In this document: piece by piece, positions 49,902 through 62,510 of the stretch
Position numbering within the stretch: the first letter of the stretch is position 1
Layout: each line of letters opens with the position of its first letter
Source: Rhizodiscina lignyota
Taxonomy: Eukaryota
Direction of reading: 5' to 3'
DNA length: 64,000 nucleotides
NCBI GenBank assembly: GCA_010015805.1
Contig: ML978121.1
Location: forward strand, 3,782,001-3,846,000
Notes under the pieces: model-generated
What the model saw: the letters and a program-made list of their open reading frames with translations, nothing else
What the model was told of the DNA's origin: nothing
The model's database searches: none
Program-made: the position numbers and the translations under genes

Positions 49902-50459
49902 CCGTTTAATACGATGCCCCTGACGATTTTCTTGTTCTTCCCCTTGCGATTCGTTTCATGTGTCCAATCTTCCGAATCATGTGTCGAGCAGCTAGCCGTG
50001 CGATCACATCTCTGTCTTGGATCATTTCATGATCTTACCCTCTACCCTCTCGCTTCTCCGGCTTGAGGGCATCGGTATAAGACTAGCACGTGCTGCCCAC
50101 ATGATTCCACTTTCTCGGCGCAAGTATCTCTTATGCGCCAATGCGCATGCATGTACATAAAGGTCGGTCTACTGCTACCGTTAAGTGATGAGAAGATATG
50201 CCGTGGGGTGAGCCACTTGCGTCTTGTAGTCATGTAGCTAGGCTTGCTGGGTGCTTGCAAAGAATTAAACATTCCATACATACTAGTGTCTTGACTGGGG
50301 CTGCTGTGACTCGGTTGAGTGTGTGACGTCGTCTGTGATGATATTTAAATCTCGGATACCTTACGGAAGCGGAGCGTTTGAGGGTCCGAAGAAGTCGCTT
50401 GCTGTCGCTCGACTCTCGAGTTTCAGTACATATGTGACTAACAAACTACGCCCTTCCTT

Positions 50460-50506
50460 TCTCAGAGGCTCACCCCAGCCAGGTCAGGTCACGTGAGCCT
50501 CTGAGA
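50460..50506. repeat. Perfect 14-bp inverted repeat with 19-nt spacer
   Basis: tctcagaggctcac (50460-50473) and gtgagcctctgaga (50493-50506). Confidence 0.85.
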
Positions 50507-51963
50507 CAGTACTGAGATTGGGCCCACACATGTTAAATTGTTTATCACACAACAGCGCATATCCTCAACGAGTGCTCAATCTTCGATTCAACAGAGCAGC
50601 TGCAAATCCACGAATTCACTCGTTTCACAATGATTCTTTTCCTTGAAAACGTCGCTCTAGCGATACGGAAGGCTCTGGCTTGCAAGCAAACCGCCCCGGC
50701 ACAGCTGCGCCACTCAGGCGACCGCCACAGTGGCCGCGCTCGATCTGTAGCTACAGCCTCCACGCCAAGTCCCCAGTCCCGGCCTCAATCGTCAGTCACA
50801 CTTGTGTGAGACCACGCAAGCCTTCAGAATACGTGCCGGATCAGCGCACCCGGATACCACCCGTCAGCAACCGATCACGGCACTATGAGAAAAGGTGCGA
50901 AGCACCCAAATGGGTGGCAAAATAGATGAGTCGTGGCTGCGATAAGTCGAATTGCGAGGATATCCTCCTCAGTTGATGATATGAATTATGCATACTGAAG
51001 GTACGTGTCATGAATAATGCGGTATGGTGAATATATATCTGATCGACTTTTCAGCTCTCGCTCCTGCGGAAGAACAAAACTTGTTCTTACTACAGCCGTT
51101 CAGTTAATCGGGCTCTCGATGGCTGGCTTGGGTGCTCGCTGGCTGGCTCGGATGCTTGCTGGCTCGCTTTGGTGCTTCCCTCCTGAGAAGCATCATGAAG
51201 TCTTTGAGCTCTGCCGAAGCATTACTATGAATCAGGGTCTGTCTGCTTAGCCGGCGAACAATATATATATAGGACTTCGTGGTGGGCAAGCAGCGCAAGA
51301 AACCCAATCGAAAGAAGGTCGGCAAGAATCTTATTGGCGCCCTGGAGGAGAAGAAGGTCCGGTTAAGAATATCTGGAATGCGATGGCTACGAAGGAGCTA
51401 GTTTCCGGCGAGCGAACGAGACCTGTAACGGCATCCTTTTCCCGTGATAATGAGAAGCAAATCTTCTAAGACACGCTAGGCAAGCTTCTCCCTAACAATC
51501 TCGAATATAAACTTACTAATATATAGAAATTGCTTACAAGTGCTAAAGGCAACTGTGATGGAGTGGCTCTATGAGCTGTTCGCTCGCTGGGACCTAGCTC
51601 CGTCGAACGCACAAACAGCCCTTCGGAGATGAGCGAGCGAGGCTTGGAGAGCGAGAGTTGAGAGCGTTTTGTGGGGATCCTTGATAGCGTCAAACGGCGA
51701 AGCGTGCTCAGAAGCGAACAACATATAGACTTAGAACAAGAAGAACAAACGAGGAAGAGTGACAAACGCCGTTGGAGAGTGTCGCGTGAGCAGTCAGAAC
51801 TAAGAAATCCGTGATCTCGCAGACTTCCTCATCAGGCAGGACCCTCTCGGCGAGAAAACCTCCTGTCCCCTTTGGGCCTGCCGCACTGCTGCACCACAAG
51901 CCTTCTTCCACCTAGCAGATCGCAGAACTTCAAAGCACCGCCCTTGCAAATCAACCTGCCACA

Positions 51964-52523
51964 ATGCAGACTCTCCCAGACGCGCGACAGCAGAGCTACG
52001 AGGAAATCTACGGCCCGCCAGAGAACTTCCTCGAAGTCGAAGTACGTCTGTGACTCCCCACCAAGGTGCCCCGCAGCAAGAAACTTTCTCTCACCATGCT
52101 ATCTCCAACGCCTTCCTCTTCCAAACAGTCCCAGCAGAGTATCTAAAGTCTCGCTAATCCTGCTCCCATCAGGTCAAGAACCCTCAAACCCACGGCACGG
52201 GCCGCCACATGTACACCGACTACGAGATCATCTGCCGCACCAACATCCCCGCGTTCAAGCTAAAGTCCTCCTCCGTCCGGCGGCGCTACAGCGACTTCGA
52301 GTACTTTCGCGATATCCTCGAGCGCGAGTCAGCGCGTGTAACCATCCCGCCGCTACCGGGGAAGGTGTTCACGAATCGCTTCAGCGACGATGTGATCGAG
52401 CACAGGCGCGAGGGTTTGCAGAGATTCTTGCAGATTGTGGTGGGACATCCGTTGTTGCAGACGGGGAGTAAGGTTATGGCGAGCTTTGTGCAGGATCCGA
52501 ATTGGGATCGGGGTGCATGGTGA
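51964..52523 (+). CDS. SNX3: Sorting nexin-3 (PX domain)
   Basis: [47 protein letters not shown] and IPPLPGK. Intron 52042-52172. Confidence 0.96.
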
Positions 52524-53105
52524 GATTGTTTGCCGTCGGCCGATGATGAGAGGGATATAGGTATAGTGGCAGGAAAGAGGTCTAGTACATGGATGGGCTT
52601 TTGAGAGGTGTTATTGCGGGTTCCTCGGGCTTAGCAAAGGCGTTCCGGACAATTTGATACGGTCTTTGAATGTTCCGTATGATTTCCATTTCCTGATTGG
52701 AAGTTCTCCTGGTCATTTTATTCCGTAGACTTGAGTTCTCCATATCTGCCGTACGTCAGATCCAATCGATATGTCTATGCTATCTCCCACAGTTAGATTC
52801 CATTCATTCAGAGGGCTTACGGCGCAGTCTCACACGTTCGAAGAGCATCCATGCAAGTATCAACAGAATCCACGGACCATTCATAACCACGCCGTGCACG
52901 GACTTCCAGAAACATCACCACTTCCAGATTTGGTTACACGTAAAGTTGCTAATAAGTCACTTCACTGCTATATATTAAACGCTCCGGACGAAAGAGCATA
53001 GTTTTGGATATACCCGGGGTCTCTCTACTCCTCTATGGCTAACTTATGGAATTCGTCTATCATAATCAAGAGGTCTATCGAGGTTTCAGAGTGGGTGGGC
53101 ACATA

Positions 53106-55782
53106 TCAAGACCGCAACTCAAGTACTTTCAGAGCATGATTCACTGCGACCTCTACATCTCCCCTCAATCTTGCTATGACCGCCTTCTTCCCTAAGACTT
53201 CCTCCATGCCGTCAATGTCCTCGAGCTTCTTGTAGACTATATTCACGTTAGCAAGCGGTTCAACGGAAGCTGAAAGACAGAAGCGCTGGCAAGAGACTCA
53301 CAGCCTTCCGCGCGATCAAGATACAGCCCAGCTTTCCACAGCAGCGATGCCTCCTTCTGCGCGTTACTACTCTCGGCAGCCTTCTCCCCACCCAGCAATC
53401 CCATGTGCGCATCAGCCTGTGTGTTGTACAGCCGCGCGATGAGCATGAAATCGCCGCCCTCCAGAGCCTGCTGACAAGTCAGTGCCATCATTCTCCGCAG
53501 CGTCAATTCCACAGCCCTTCAGTGGGCACGTACCTGCGGGATAATAGCATCCAAGAGGCCGACGGCCGCCTGATACTCCTCCACATTGACCAAGACGTTG
53601 CAGATTACACCCACAGCATCCCACAACCCTGGAACAATACCCGCCTTTTGCGCCAGACTCGCGGCCCGCAGCGCGATTGAGAATCCTCGTTCGCCAAAGT
53701 CAGATTGCGCGAACAGTCGCGCCTTGGAAATGGCGAGTTGAACGCTCTGGTACACATCAGTGCCCGCGGCTTCCGTGTCCTTCTTAATATCTTCGATGCG
53801 CGTGAGTGCGGTAGTGTAGTCGCCGGTTTGAAGGGCGTGTTGGAAGCTGAGGAGGTCGAGCTCAAAGGCGATGTCAGGGTCGGCGAGGGGAGCGGATTTG
53901 AGGTGCATGAGTGCGTAGGAGGCGGCGGAAGAGTCGGACCGGTGGAGATGGCGCATGAGTTTGACCAGGCCTGTGCAAACCATGGCTTGTTGCTGTAGGC
54001 GGAGGGTTTGGGAGAATTGGTTGGAGGGGTCTGAGAGGAGGGTTATGGCTGTGTCATAGCGGCCGGACATGGCGAGCTGTATTGTGTGAGCAAGATGGCT
54101 TGCTTAGAGGTCTCGAAAGGCTTACGTGAAAGGCCTTTCGACTTTTAGCGCGGAGAACATCTTCTTGAGGCGTCAAACTACTATAGCAGTCGAGCAGTGT
54201 GTCGCAGTACGACGTGGAGTTCGCGTGGATCCCTAAACAGCGTCAGAAACGATTTGGTAGTTCATGTGGATCTCTACTCACCGAGTCGAGCAAATACAGA
54301 TGATTGCATGAGCAACTGCGCGCCTGTATTGCTGTTTATACTGTGCTGCGCATTGAGATGTGAAGATTGATAAATATGCTCCAGAACTCGTGAGACAGGT
54401 TCGCCCTGGATACGACATCAGCAATATCCAAAATGCTTGTCCAAAGCCTTTTTGGTACCTGTGAAAGCCCAAGTCTTGCTTCGCTCAGCATTGCCGAACT
54501 CGTCAACGTCCACATCTTCATGTCCCTCGCTTTGCTCTTGAGGAAGAGCAAACCATCTCTCTCAGAGCCAAGCACTCCCGAGTATCCCGCAGCTTTCATC
54601 TCCAGTGGATACGCCTTGCTAAGATGGTTTAGCCAATTCAAACTGAAGTTGAGGCATGAGATGTCTTGGTTCTCGCGCGCCGTTGAGACTGCCTCGTTCA
54701 TTGCGGCAACGGCTTCGGAGAAGCATCCAAAATCAGCATGCAGGATTGCCATGTGGAGTAACGCATATTGATAGTGTGTCTTGTCACGGGTCTGGCTCTG
54801 GAGGGTGTAGTCAAAGTATCGGTGGAGATTGTCGAATGATGAGACGTAATCACCAGCGCGCCAGGCATCGAAGAACCTTTGTCAAATTAGCGAAGTGGGC
54901 AGGAAACTGGCTGGCATGCATTACCTGACAAAATGAATTAGGCTTGGAGTTGTCGGACTTAGTTCAAGCATAGATCGTAGCTGGTCATTCATCTCTTTCG
55001 GCATTCGAGTTCCAAGCTCTACCCAATGTCAGTGAGGCCACGGCCAGGTTTTGACATAGCTTACTTTGGAGACGTTCTACTTGAAACTCAAGGATCCGTT
55101 CGATGTCATTCGCACTAATCATACTCTCCATCTTATCAAAGCTCTTCGAACTTTCATATGCGATGCCCAAGAGTTCGTTGTTCGGTTCCAAGTCGAGCTC
55201 CTGAAGCACCCGATCGAAACTGTGAGAGGCCTGGTTCCGGGATTGCCTCTCCCATGCGGCCTGAGTAGGCTCTTTGAATGCAGTAAAGGCCAACCATAGC
55301 TTCAATGCATCTGAAAATTGGAGACGCGTGAACTCCAGTCTGACACGCCGGACGAAGACGCCGAAAGGAGACGTCCGAGACAGCGCAACGTGATGCAAGT
55401 TCTGTGCAATTGAATTGCGTTCATCTGCGTCTGGGACTTCGGTTATCTTGTTGAACAGGCTGTCGGAATCTTGGATAAATGTGTGTAAGGCGTCCAAGCT
55501 GTCTATCTCCCAAAGCTTCTTGATGAACAGATCGTGAATGGTCCTGCCTGGGATACTCGAAGCTCGAGTGACGGCTTCACATTGAAAATCGGCAGCAGAA
55601 GTTAGTGATGGATTTGCTTCCTCAGTTCCACTGGCGAATGGATCTTCGATTGGGCTACCGGATAGGGCCGATACAACGAAGGAGAGGAACGGGATGACGG
55701 TTTCTGCTGGTACGACAGAGTCGCAATACAGATGGACAAAAGAGAGAATCGCGATCTTCGAGGGCGTGAGGTATCGGGACAT
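53106..55782 (-). CDS. APC5: Anaphase-promoting complex subunit 5
   Basis: MSRYLTPSKI start, SPFGVFVRRVRLEFTRLQF, LHRYFDY and YALLHMAILHADFG (Apc5 domain); multiple introns; syntenic with CIA30/COX13/APN2. Confidence 0.9.
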
Positions 55783-56260
55783 ATTGACGATTGCTGGTCC
55801 TACCCAAGATACGGTAAGCCGCTATAAAAGCTTGTGTCGCCTTGTCGAATGAGTTGAGTGAATGCTTTTAGGGCAATATGGTTAATCGAACAGCGGTGCC
55901 GGTACCCTTGGACCACCTCTTCATGCCAGTCATTTCGATCCTTTGTTCAATTCTTAGCTAAAGAGACGAAGGCATTGTTGTACGGGGTTATTTAACTTGC
56001 GTACAAGCGCAAAGTGTGGAAACAAAAGTTGAAATATTGCGATATGGACTTCGTTGGCGCCTACTTGTCCCGAAATGGAAATTGACAAAAACGCGTCTTC
56101 ACGTGAGCTCGTGATTTTTTTAATTTCATATCACTTTTCGGATATTGGAGGAATTGAACTGTCATTCACGGCATTCGATGCAATGGGAAGTCAGAATATC
56201 ACCAATTGTTCCACAATTATGCCGTATTTACAAGGCCGTACCTATCATATCACAGCACAT

Positions 56261-57104
56261 CTATTGCGAAACATGCGTACTTTGGCTCGAGTCCCTCAGT
56301 GTCTCTGCAGTCTCTTGACTTATACCCAATCTCTCCGCTCGTTCTCTCTCCCGAGCGGCGTCTTCAATCTGCTTGTTCGTCGCCCATACGCCACTAATGC
56401 ACAATTCGTACGGGCCAGGCATTCTATCTGTCGAGCTGATGCCCACGCTCGTGACCTTTTGCCTCAGCAACTCTGATTGAGGCTCCACCACAATGCCATG
56501 ATTTGTCCGAACAAAGTCATTTAGTCCGATGAGAATGGTCTCCCACTCTCCAGGCTTCTGCGCATACAGGCGGTGCTGATGGAGATCAGTGGGAACAATC
56601 GACTCCGTCTGTAGATTCACAAAGTATTTCCTTCCGTCTGATTTCACGCGCAGGGCCAGGTAGGTATACGCATCGAGGTCCCAGACTGATTTGCCAAATA
56701 TCGAGAAGCCTCTGTCGAGAGTTCGCCACCCAGCATATCCCGTTCGTTGTATCTCTGGCCTATCAGTGGGCAGTTGTGTAGATATTGAACCGTGCCACCG
56801 CGCGTGAGATGGCTCGTCTTCTGTAGCTTCGATGTAGTCCATGTTTACGGCAGAGAAGCCTCCAATGTCCATGTCGGACATCTGTTTGCACATCTTAACG
56901 GAGTCGGGCTCGGTGAAGCTTATGAGTGGGAATGGTCTCTTCGGTCGATCGAACGCCTCCATTCGAAGGGCTATGAGGAGACTTATCAGTTTGAGCACAT
57001 CCTAAATGCTAGAATGAACACGAACCTATTCCAGCTCCTCGTCTGAATTCATCGAGACTTCTCTTCCAGAACCCTGGGACGAGTAGCGGAGGAGTGCACC
57101 GCAT
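56261..57104 (-). CDS. CIA30: Complex I intermediate-associated protein 30 (NDUFAF1)
   Basis: Presequence MRCTPPLL..GFWKRSLDEF, intron 56971-57025, SDMDIGGFS, RTGYAGWRT and LALRVKSDGRKYFVNLQT. Confidence 0.92.
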
Positions 57105-57514
57105 GTTTGCGGAGAGAACTTTCAGCACACAATTGTGACGGTAGTACAGTGAATGGGATCAATCATTCTTTGAGAGCATAAAGCGACATCGGAGAAAGAG
57201 TTAACTTGCAACAAACGTGAATATGTATTTAGTTACCCACGCAGCTGCGAACTTTCATCACGCGTCAATGCCAAGCTCTGCAACGTGAAATTTCAGGACC
57301 ATCTTCGCCTTTGCTCCACCTTTATACAACACAATCGCAAGCTATATATACCAGCCAGTTCGTTTGCAGCAGTCAGCGACATATCCTCCACTCATAATCT
57401 TGCAGCCAAAATCTCCAGAAACACCTCCATCAACTTCCACACGCCACAGCTTGAACGCTCCTCGGCCTAAGCCCGTTCACATTTGCAAGCCGAACTCTCC
57501 TCCTCAAACCGTTC

Positions 57515-58772
57515 ATGACCGCTTCTTCGTTCCCATCAGCGACTAGACAAACACTGCTACAAGACGCCGTCAAGCCGGGCTCACTCGGTGGGCTGCAGGA
57601 GAGTAGCGATGGCGGCGCAAGTAGAGGAAGGGCACAAGCGGCCGTAGGCCAGCAGCCCCTCAAGGAGAGACGACCATGGGCGCATTTTGTCGCCGGAGCG
57701 TAAGTTTTCAATCATGATTTAAAACCTCATCCTTCTAATCATGTGTTTTTGGCAGAGCTGGTGGTATGGCGGCCGCGACGCTCACCGCGCCTCTCGACGT
57801 TCTCCGAACCCGCCTGCAATCGAACTTCTACCAGGCGCATCTCACAGCCAGCCGTAATGCGCGGGGCATTCCACACCCTTCTTCCATGCCCTTCTGGCGC
57901 GCTTCCATACTTCATATCCAAGAGACATTTCAGATACTATTCGCAATTCCGAAGGCTGAAGGAGCACGCGCACTCTTCAAAGGTCTTGGGCCAAATCTCG
58001 TCGGTGTAGTCCCTGCGAAGGCAATACATTTTTTCATATACGACAACTCGAAAACATTTTTCAAGTCTTCGTTCAACAATGGGCAAGAGGGTGCCGTGGT
58101 GACGATACCAGCAGCGATATGCGCAGGCATCGTGACTGGCACTGCGACGAATCCTATCTGGGTCATCAAGACGCGGATGCAGCTGGACCGAGCACATGCA
58201 GGGAACGTCATTGGAAATAGGAGGTACAATGGCGTCATGGACTGCATCATGAAGACGCTGCGACAGGAAGGCATTGCCGGTATGTATCGAGGGTTGAGCG
58301 CGAGCTACCTCGGCATCTCCGAGACGACGCTCCAATGGGTGCTGTACGAGCGCGGCATGCGGTATCTGGAAGCACGACGTGCGCAAATAGAGTCTTCGAA
58401 CAATGATTGGACGGCATGGGACCGCGCAGTGGTATGGGGTGGACCGACTTTCTTTGGCGGAGCATCGAAGCTCGTGGCTACTTGCGCCACATATCCTCAC
58501 GAGGTTCACAATCCGTTAGCCCTCCTCTCTACCTAGCATTTGTACTGACCACCACGCAGGTTGTGCGCACACGACTCCGACAAGCACCAATGGAAGGCGG
58601 CCACCTCAAGTACACCGGGCTCATGCAATGCTTCAATCTAGTATTGAAAGAGGAAGGCGTCGCGGCGCTGTACGGCGGCCTGGTGTCGCATGTTCTGCGG
58701 ACGGTGCCGAGCGCGGCGATCACGTACGGCACGTACCACCTTGTCGTTTCTCTGCTGCTGAGTGAGAAATAA
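57515..58772 (+). CDS. RIM2: Mitochondrial carrier, pyrimidine nucleotide transporter
   Basis: PWAHFVAG, three carrier signatures (PLDVLRTR, PIWVIKTR, PHEVVRTRLRQ) and KGLGPNLVGVVPA. Introns 57700-57755 and 58504-58559. Confidence 0.9.
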
Positions 58773-59364
58773 ACGGTGTTTCTTAGAATTTCGAAACCCA
58801 CATCGGCGTTGTTGGGATGGGGACAATGCATATATTGGAGTTGGCCACTGCATTTGTTACTCCGCTCGAGAAATATTTAATTCTGGGTGCGAATGGGCTG
58901 GATATAATCCACTTAGGTGTAAATGAGATTTTCGGCAGATTTAGAGTGTAGGATAGAAGCACGAGACTCCTCATCAATTCATGGAGAATTTTATGCAGCT
59001 GCCGTGTCAGCAAGCGGCTCTCTGTCCAGAATAAAATATACTGTATATGCAGGGTGATTCCATTTCTACGACTGGCCGTCACGGGATCCACATATATCCT
59101 GCTCAAATTATTCTTTTCAGCCTCAAACATAGATATGTCAGAGTGCTCGCAAGATTGACAAAAGGATAGCGAGGATCTGGCTGAGGACGGTCGTACGCGA
59201 CATTAGAAGTTGGACCACATTCAATTCTCGCTCTAAATCTACAAAGGAAATCGAAGGTCCTTGGTCTGCCAGTATCGGCCGTCGCCAAAGCTCATGGCCA
59301 GTATCGCATATGTACACATCCCCATTGACAGACGCGCCAATATGATTCTAGCTAGTGATCGCAA

Positions 59365-59969
59365 TCACTCCTCGTTGTGCTTGTTATAGTTGACCTTCGG
59401 GTTCCAGAAGAGTGTCTATCCACACGTTAGCCACATCCATTATCATCCAAAGCAACCGTGATAGTTCAGACCTTGTCACCATCACCCCAGAAGTAGTTCT
59501 TTGTGCGGATGTTCTGATACGGGTACTGCGTACGCTCTTCCAAAGGTGGCATGTGCGCCCAGTGCTCCCAATGCTCGTTCCAGAGGTTGTATGCATTCGC
59601 ACCAGCGATGACGAGCGCCGGGATCACGACACTGTGATTGTCAGCTCGGGTGTCCAAGTCTTCTACTTTTGCCTTTTTGGACTGTTCTTGACACTTACTA
59701 GATAGAAAGTCTGCGCCAGAGATCTGGTAGACGTCAGAATCGGGGTTTGATAGGAGAGAATAGGGTTGTAGGATTCGACCATACTTACCGCTCGTCCCGG
59801 CGGCGTGCGCTTTCACGGCGGCACGCTCACGGTTGAACGCATTGTCGGCCGTTCCTACGAACTTCGGTGCGTCAGCGAAGTTGCGGCGGAAGACTGAGCG
59901 GTTAACAGGATTGCGCCCGAGCTGTGCGAGGACGCGGGAGGAGCGGGGAGCGTAGGTACGGCCGATCAT
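59365..59969 (-). CDS. COX13: Cytochrome c oxidase subunit VIa
   Basis: DNAFNRERAAVKAHAA, NAYNLWNEHWEHW and YPYQNIRTKNYFWGDGDK|TLFWNPKVN; three introns. Confidence 0.95.
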
Positions 59970-60197
59970 GGTAGACCAGATTCGACGGCAGAGGTTGGGA
60001 AGTCAAATTGATGCTTTAGTTTGTGACAAAGAGTTGAGAAAAGTGCACAATGAGCTTCAATGGAGCCTTAGGATGGAGGTGGAGTGAGGTGATGTTCGCA
60101 CGAGATGAGAGACGGAATTTGCCGGTTGAGGGTTAGGGCTCAAATCGACGTCACTTCACCCTCGAAGAGATGAAAAGTCGCGTCTATGACTTGTTAA

Positions 60198-60203
60198 ACG
60201 CGT
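60198..60203. promoter_or_regulatory. MCB element (ACGCGT) in the COX13/APN2 divergent promoter
   Basis: aaACGCGTtt palindrome about 90 bp upstream of the APN2 ATG, with a second near-match TCGCGT at 60178. Confidence 0.45.
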
Positions 60204-60295
60204 TTGGGCAGATTTTCTGGCTGTTCTAACTCTCTCCCCGCTGTGTACTTCTCGTAAAGCTTTGTAATGAAGCGACACAAACACTATACCGCACT

Positions 60296-62510
60296 ATGGG
60301 GTTCCGAATCACCACATGGAACGTGAACGGTATACGCAATCCTTTCGGCTACCAGCCATGGAGGGACAAGAGGACGTTCGAAGGGATGTTCGATCTTCTT
60401 GAAGCGGACATTGTGATAATGCAAGAGCTCAAGATACAGCGCAAAGATCTCACAGATGATATGGTCCTTGTTCCAGGCTGGGACTGTTATTTCAGCTTGC
60501 CGAAACAAAAGAAAGGTATTCTTCAAATATTCCTTTAGTACACTTTACTATATTCTTTGGGAATAATGAAAGTTAAGGACCAGATGTTGTGTGCCGCAGT
60601 CTTCATCTTTGAAACTCCTCATCTTTGCTTTGCCACTCCATCACTAATTTCTTCCAGGATATTCAGGAGTCGGCATATATACGCGACAGTCGACATGTAC
60701 GCCAATACGAGCGGAAGAAGGCATCCTCGGCGTCCTCTGCCCTCCAGGTTCCTCCACGCCATATCGTTTCCTACCCGCAGACCAGACCATTGGTGGATAT
60801 CCAACCTTAGAGCAAGTGGAGACTCTCGGAGTCGATCCCGCGGCTCTCGATGCGGAAGGACGTTGTGTCATTCTGGAGTTCCCAGCCTTTGTGCTGTTCG
60901 GCATTTACAGCCCAGCTAACAGCAATGGAATGCGCGACGACTTCAGATTTGGTTTCTTACGCGCACTCGACGCTCGGATTCGTAACCTCACTTCATCAGG
61001 CAAGCGTGTGATTGTGACTGGAGATCTCAATGTGTCTCGGTCAGAGCTTGATACGGCAAATGCTGAAGAGACACTGAAGAAAGAGGGACTAACGCACGAG
61101 GACTACATCTCCACGCCAAATCGCCGCATCTTCAACCAACTGTTGGAAGGTGGTGACGTTGTTGGCTCGAGGGACGAAGGACGAGAGTTTCCAGTTCTTT
61201 GGGACACTTGTCGCGGCTTCCATCCGACGAGGAAAGGCATGTACACGCACTGGGAGCAGAAGATTAACGCGAGACCGGCGAACTATGGTTCAAGGATCGA
61301 TTATGTGCTTTGTTCAATCTCGATGAAAGACTGGGTGCAGGATGCGAACATCCAGGAAGGCTTGATGGGATCCGACCACTGCCCAGTCTACATAATCCTG
61401 AAGGACCGTGTACCACTAAATGAAATGGATGTGGAGCTTCGGAGTATTCTGCATCCGCCTGGCCACTTTGTCGACGGCAAGAGAATTCGAGAAGCAGCAT
61501 TGAAAGACTTACCTACTCTATCTGCACGACTGATGCCAGAGTTCGACAAGCGACGAAGCATAAAAGACATGTTCTCGCGCAAAAGGAAAGCGACTGACGA
61601 CAGTCAGGAGACGATATTAAATGACATTCCTACAGCAAGTCAAGGTACAGATGACGCTGCTAATAGGACCACTTCCAACAGCATATCTTCAACTCCTACA
61701 CCAGACCACGCGATACATCTTCAGGCGCCTTCAACTGTTAGTCCTCTGCCACAGCCCTCTCAACCAGTGCGATCAGCTGCTGAGCCTCCGAAAGCCAAAG
61801 AGTCACCCAGCAAAGACAATCAGCAGCCAAACAAAAGAACAAAGTCCAGCGCGCCGAAAACGGTCCAACGTCAGGGCTCTACCAGAGGTCAGCAATCCCT
61901 TAAAGGGTTCTTTAAACCAACACTTCGTACACCTGAACAAGAGAACGATGTACGTACGGAGAGCGATATCAAGTTATCCTCTCGAGAAGGTGATATAGTT
62001 AAGACCAAGAGCGCCGTATCAATCAATGGAAAGAACAATCGCCCTACCGTTGCTGCATCAGCAGAGAACGGATACTATTTGGCTAGCGTATCTGAAGAGG
62101 TCACACCAGATGCAGATGCCGAGGTGAACAATGGGTATATTATGGCTTACTTTAAAATGTACGCACCGCTGACCGTCTTCCAGCGAGACTGTGATCGACG
62201 CCGTCGCCTCCAAAGAATCATGGGACAAGCTTTTCGCAAAGCGCGCTGCGCCGTTGTGCGAGGGCCATAGCGAACCGTGCATCACTCTGCTCAGTAAGAA
62301 GAAAGGCTTCAATTGTGGGAGGAGCTTCTGGATATGCCCCCGGTAAGTGCGCTAATCCCGTGTCTTTGGATTGTGGTCGCCATGTGACGGAACAAGACTG
62401 ACGTGTCGTTGACGTGCAGGCCTCTTGGTCCGTCTGGGAATAAGGAAGTTGGAACGCAATGGCGGTGTCGGACGTTCATATGGTCAAGTGACTGGAACGG
62501 GAATGGATGA
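60296..62510 (+). CDS. APN2: DNA-(apurinic/apyrimidinic site) endonuclease 2 (DNA lyase) with C-terminal GRF zinc finger
   Basis: RITTWNVNGIR, MQELK, GDLNV, SRIDY, GSDHCPV, PIP box QQSLKGFF and the GRF finger CEGHSEPC...GRSFWICPRP...CRTFIW. Introns 60516-60657, 62134-62183 and 62343-62419. Confidence 0.96.

Noticed and set aside
50972..51045. C/D snoRNA-like arrangement (TGATGA...CTGA...CTGA)
   Set aside because: There is no convincing terminal stem and no rRNA-complementary guide that I could recognise; a snoscan/Rfam search would be needed.
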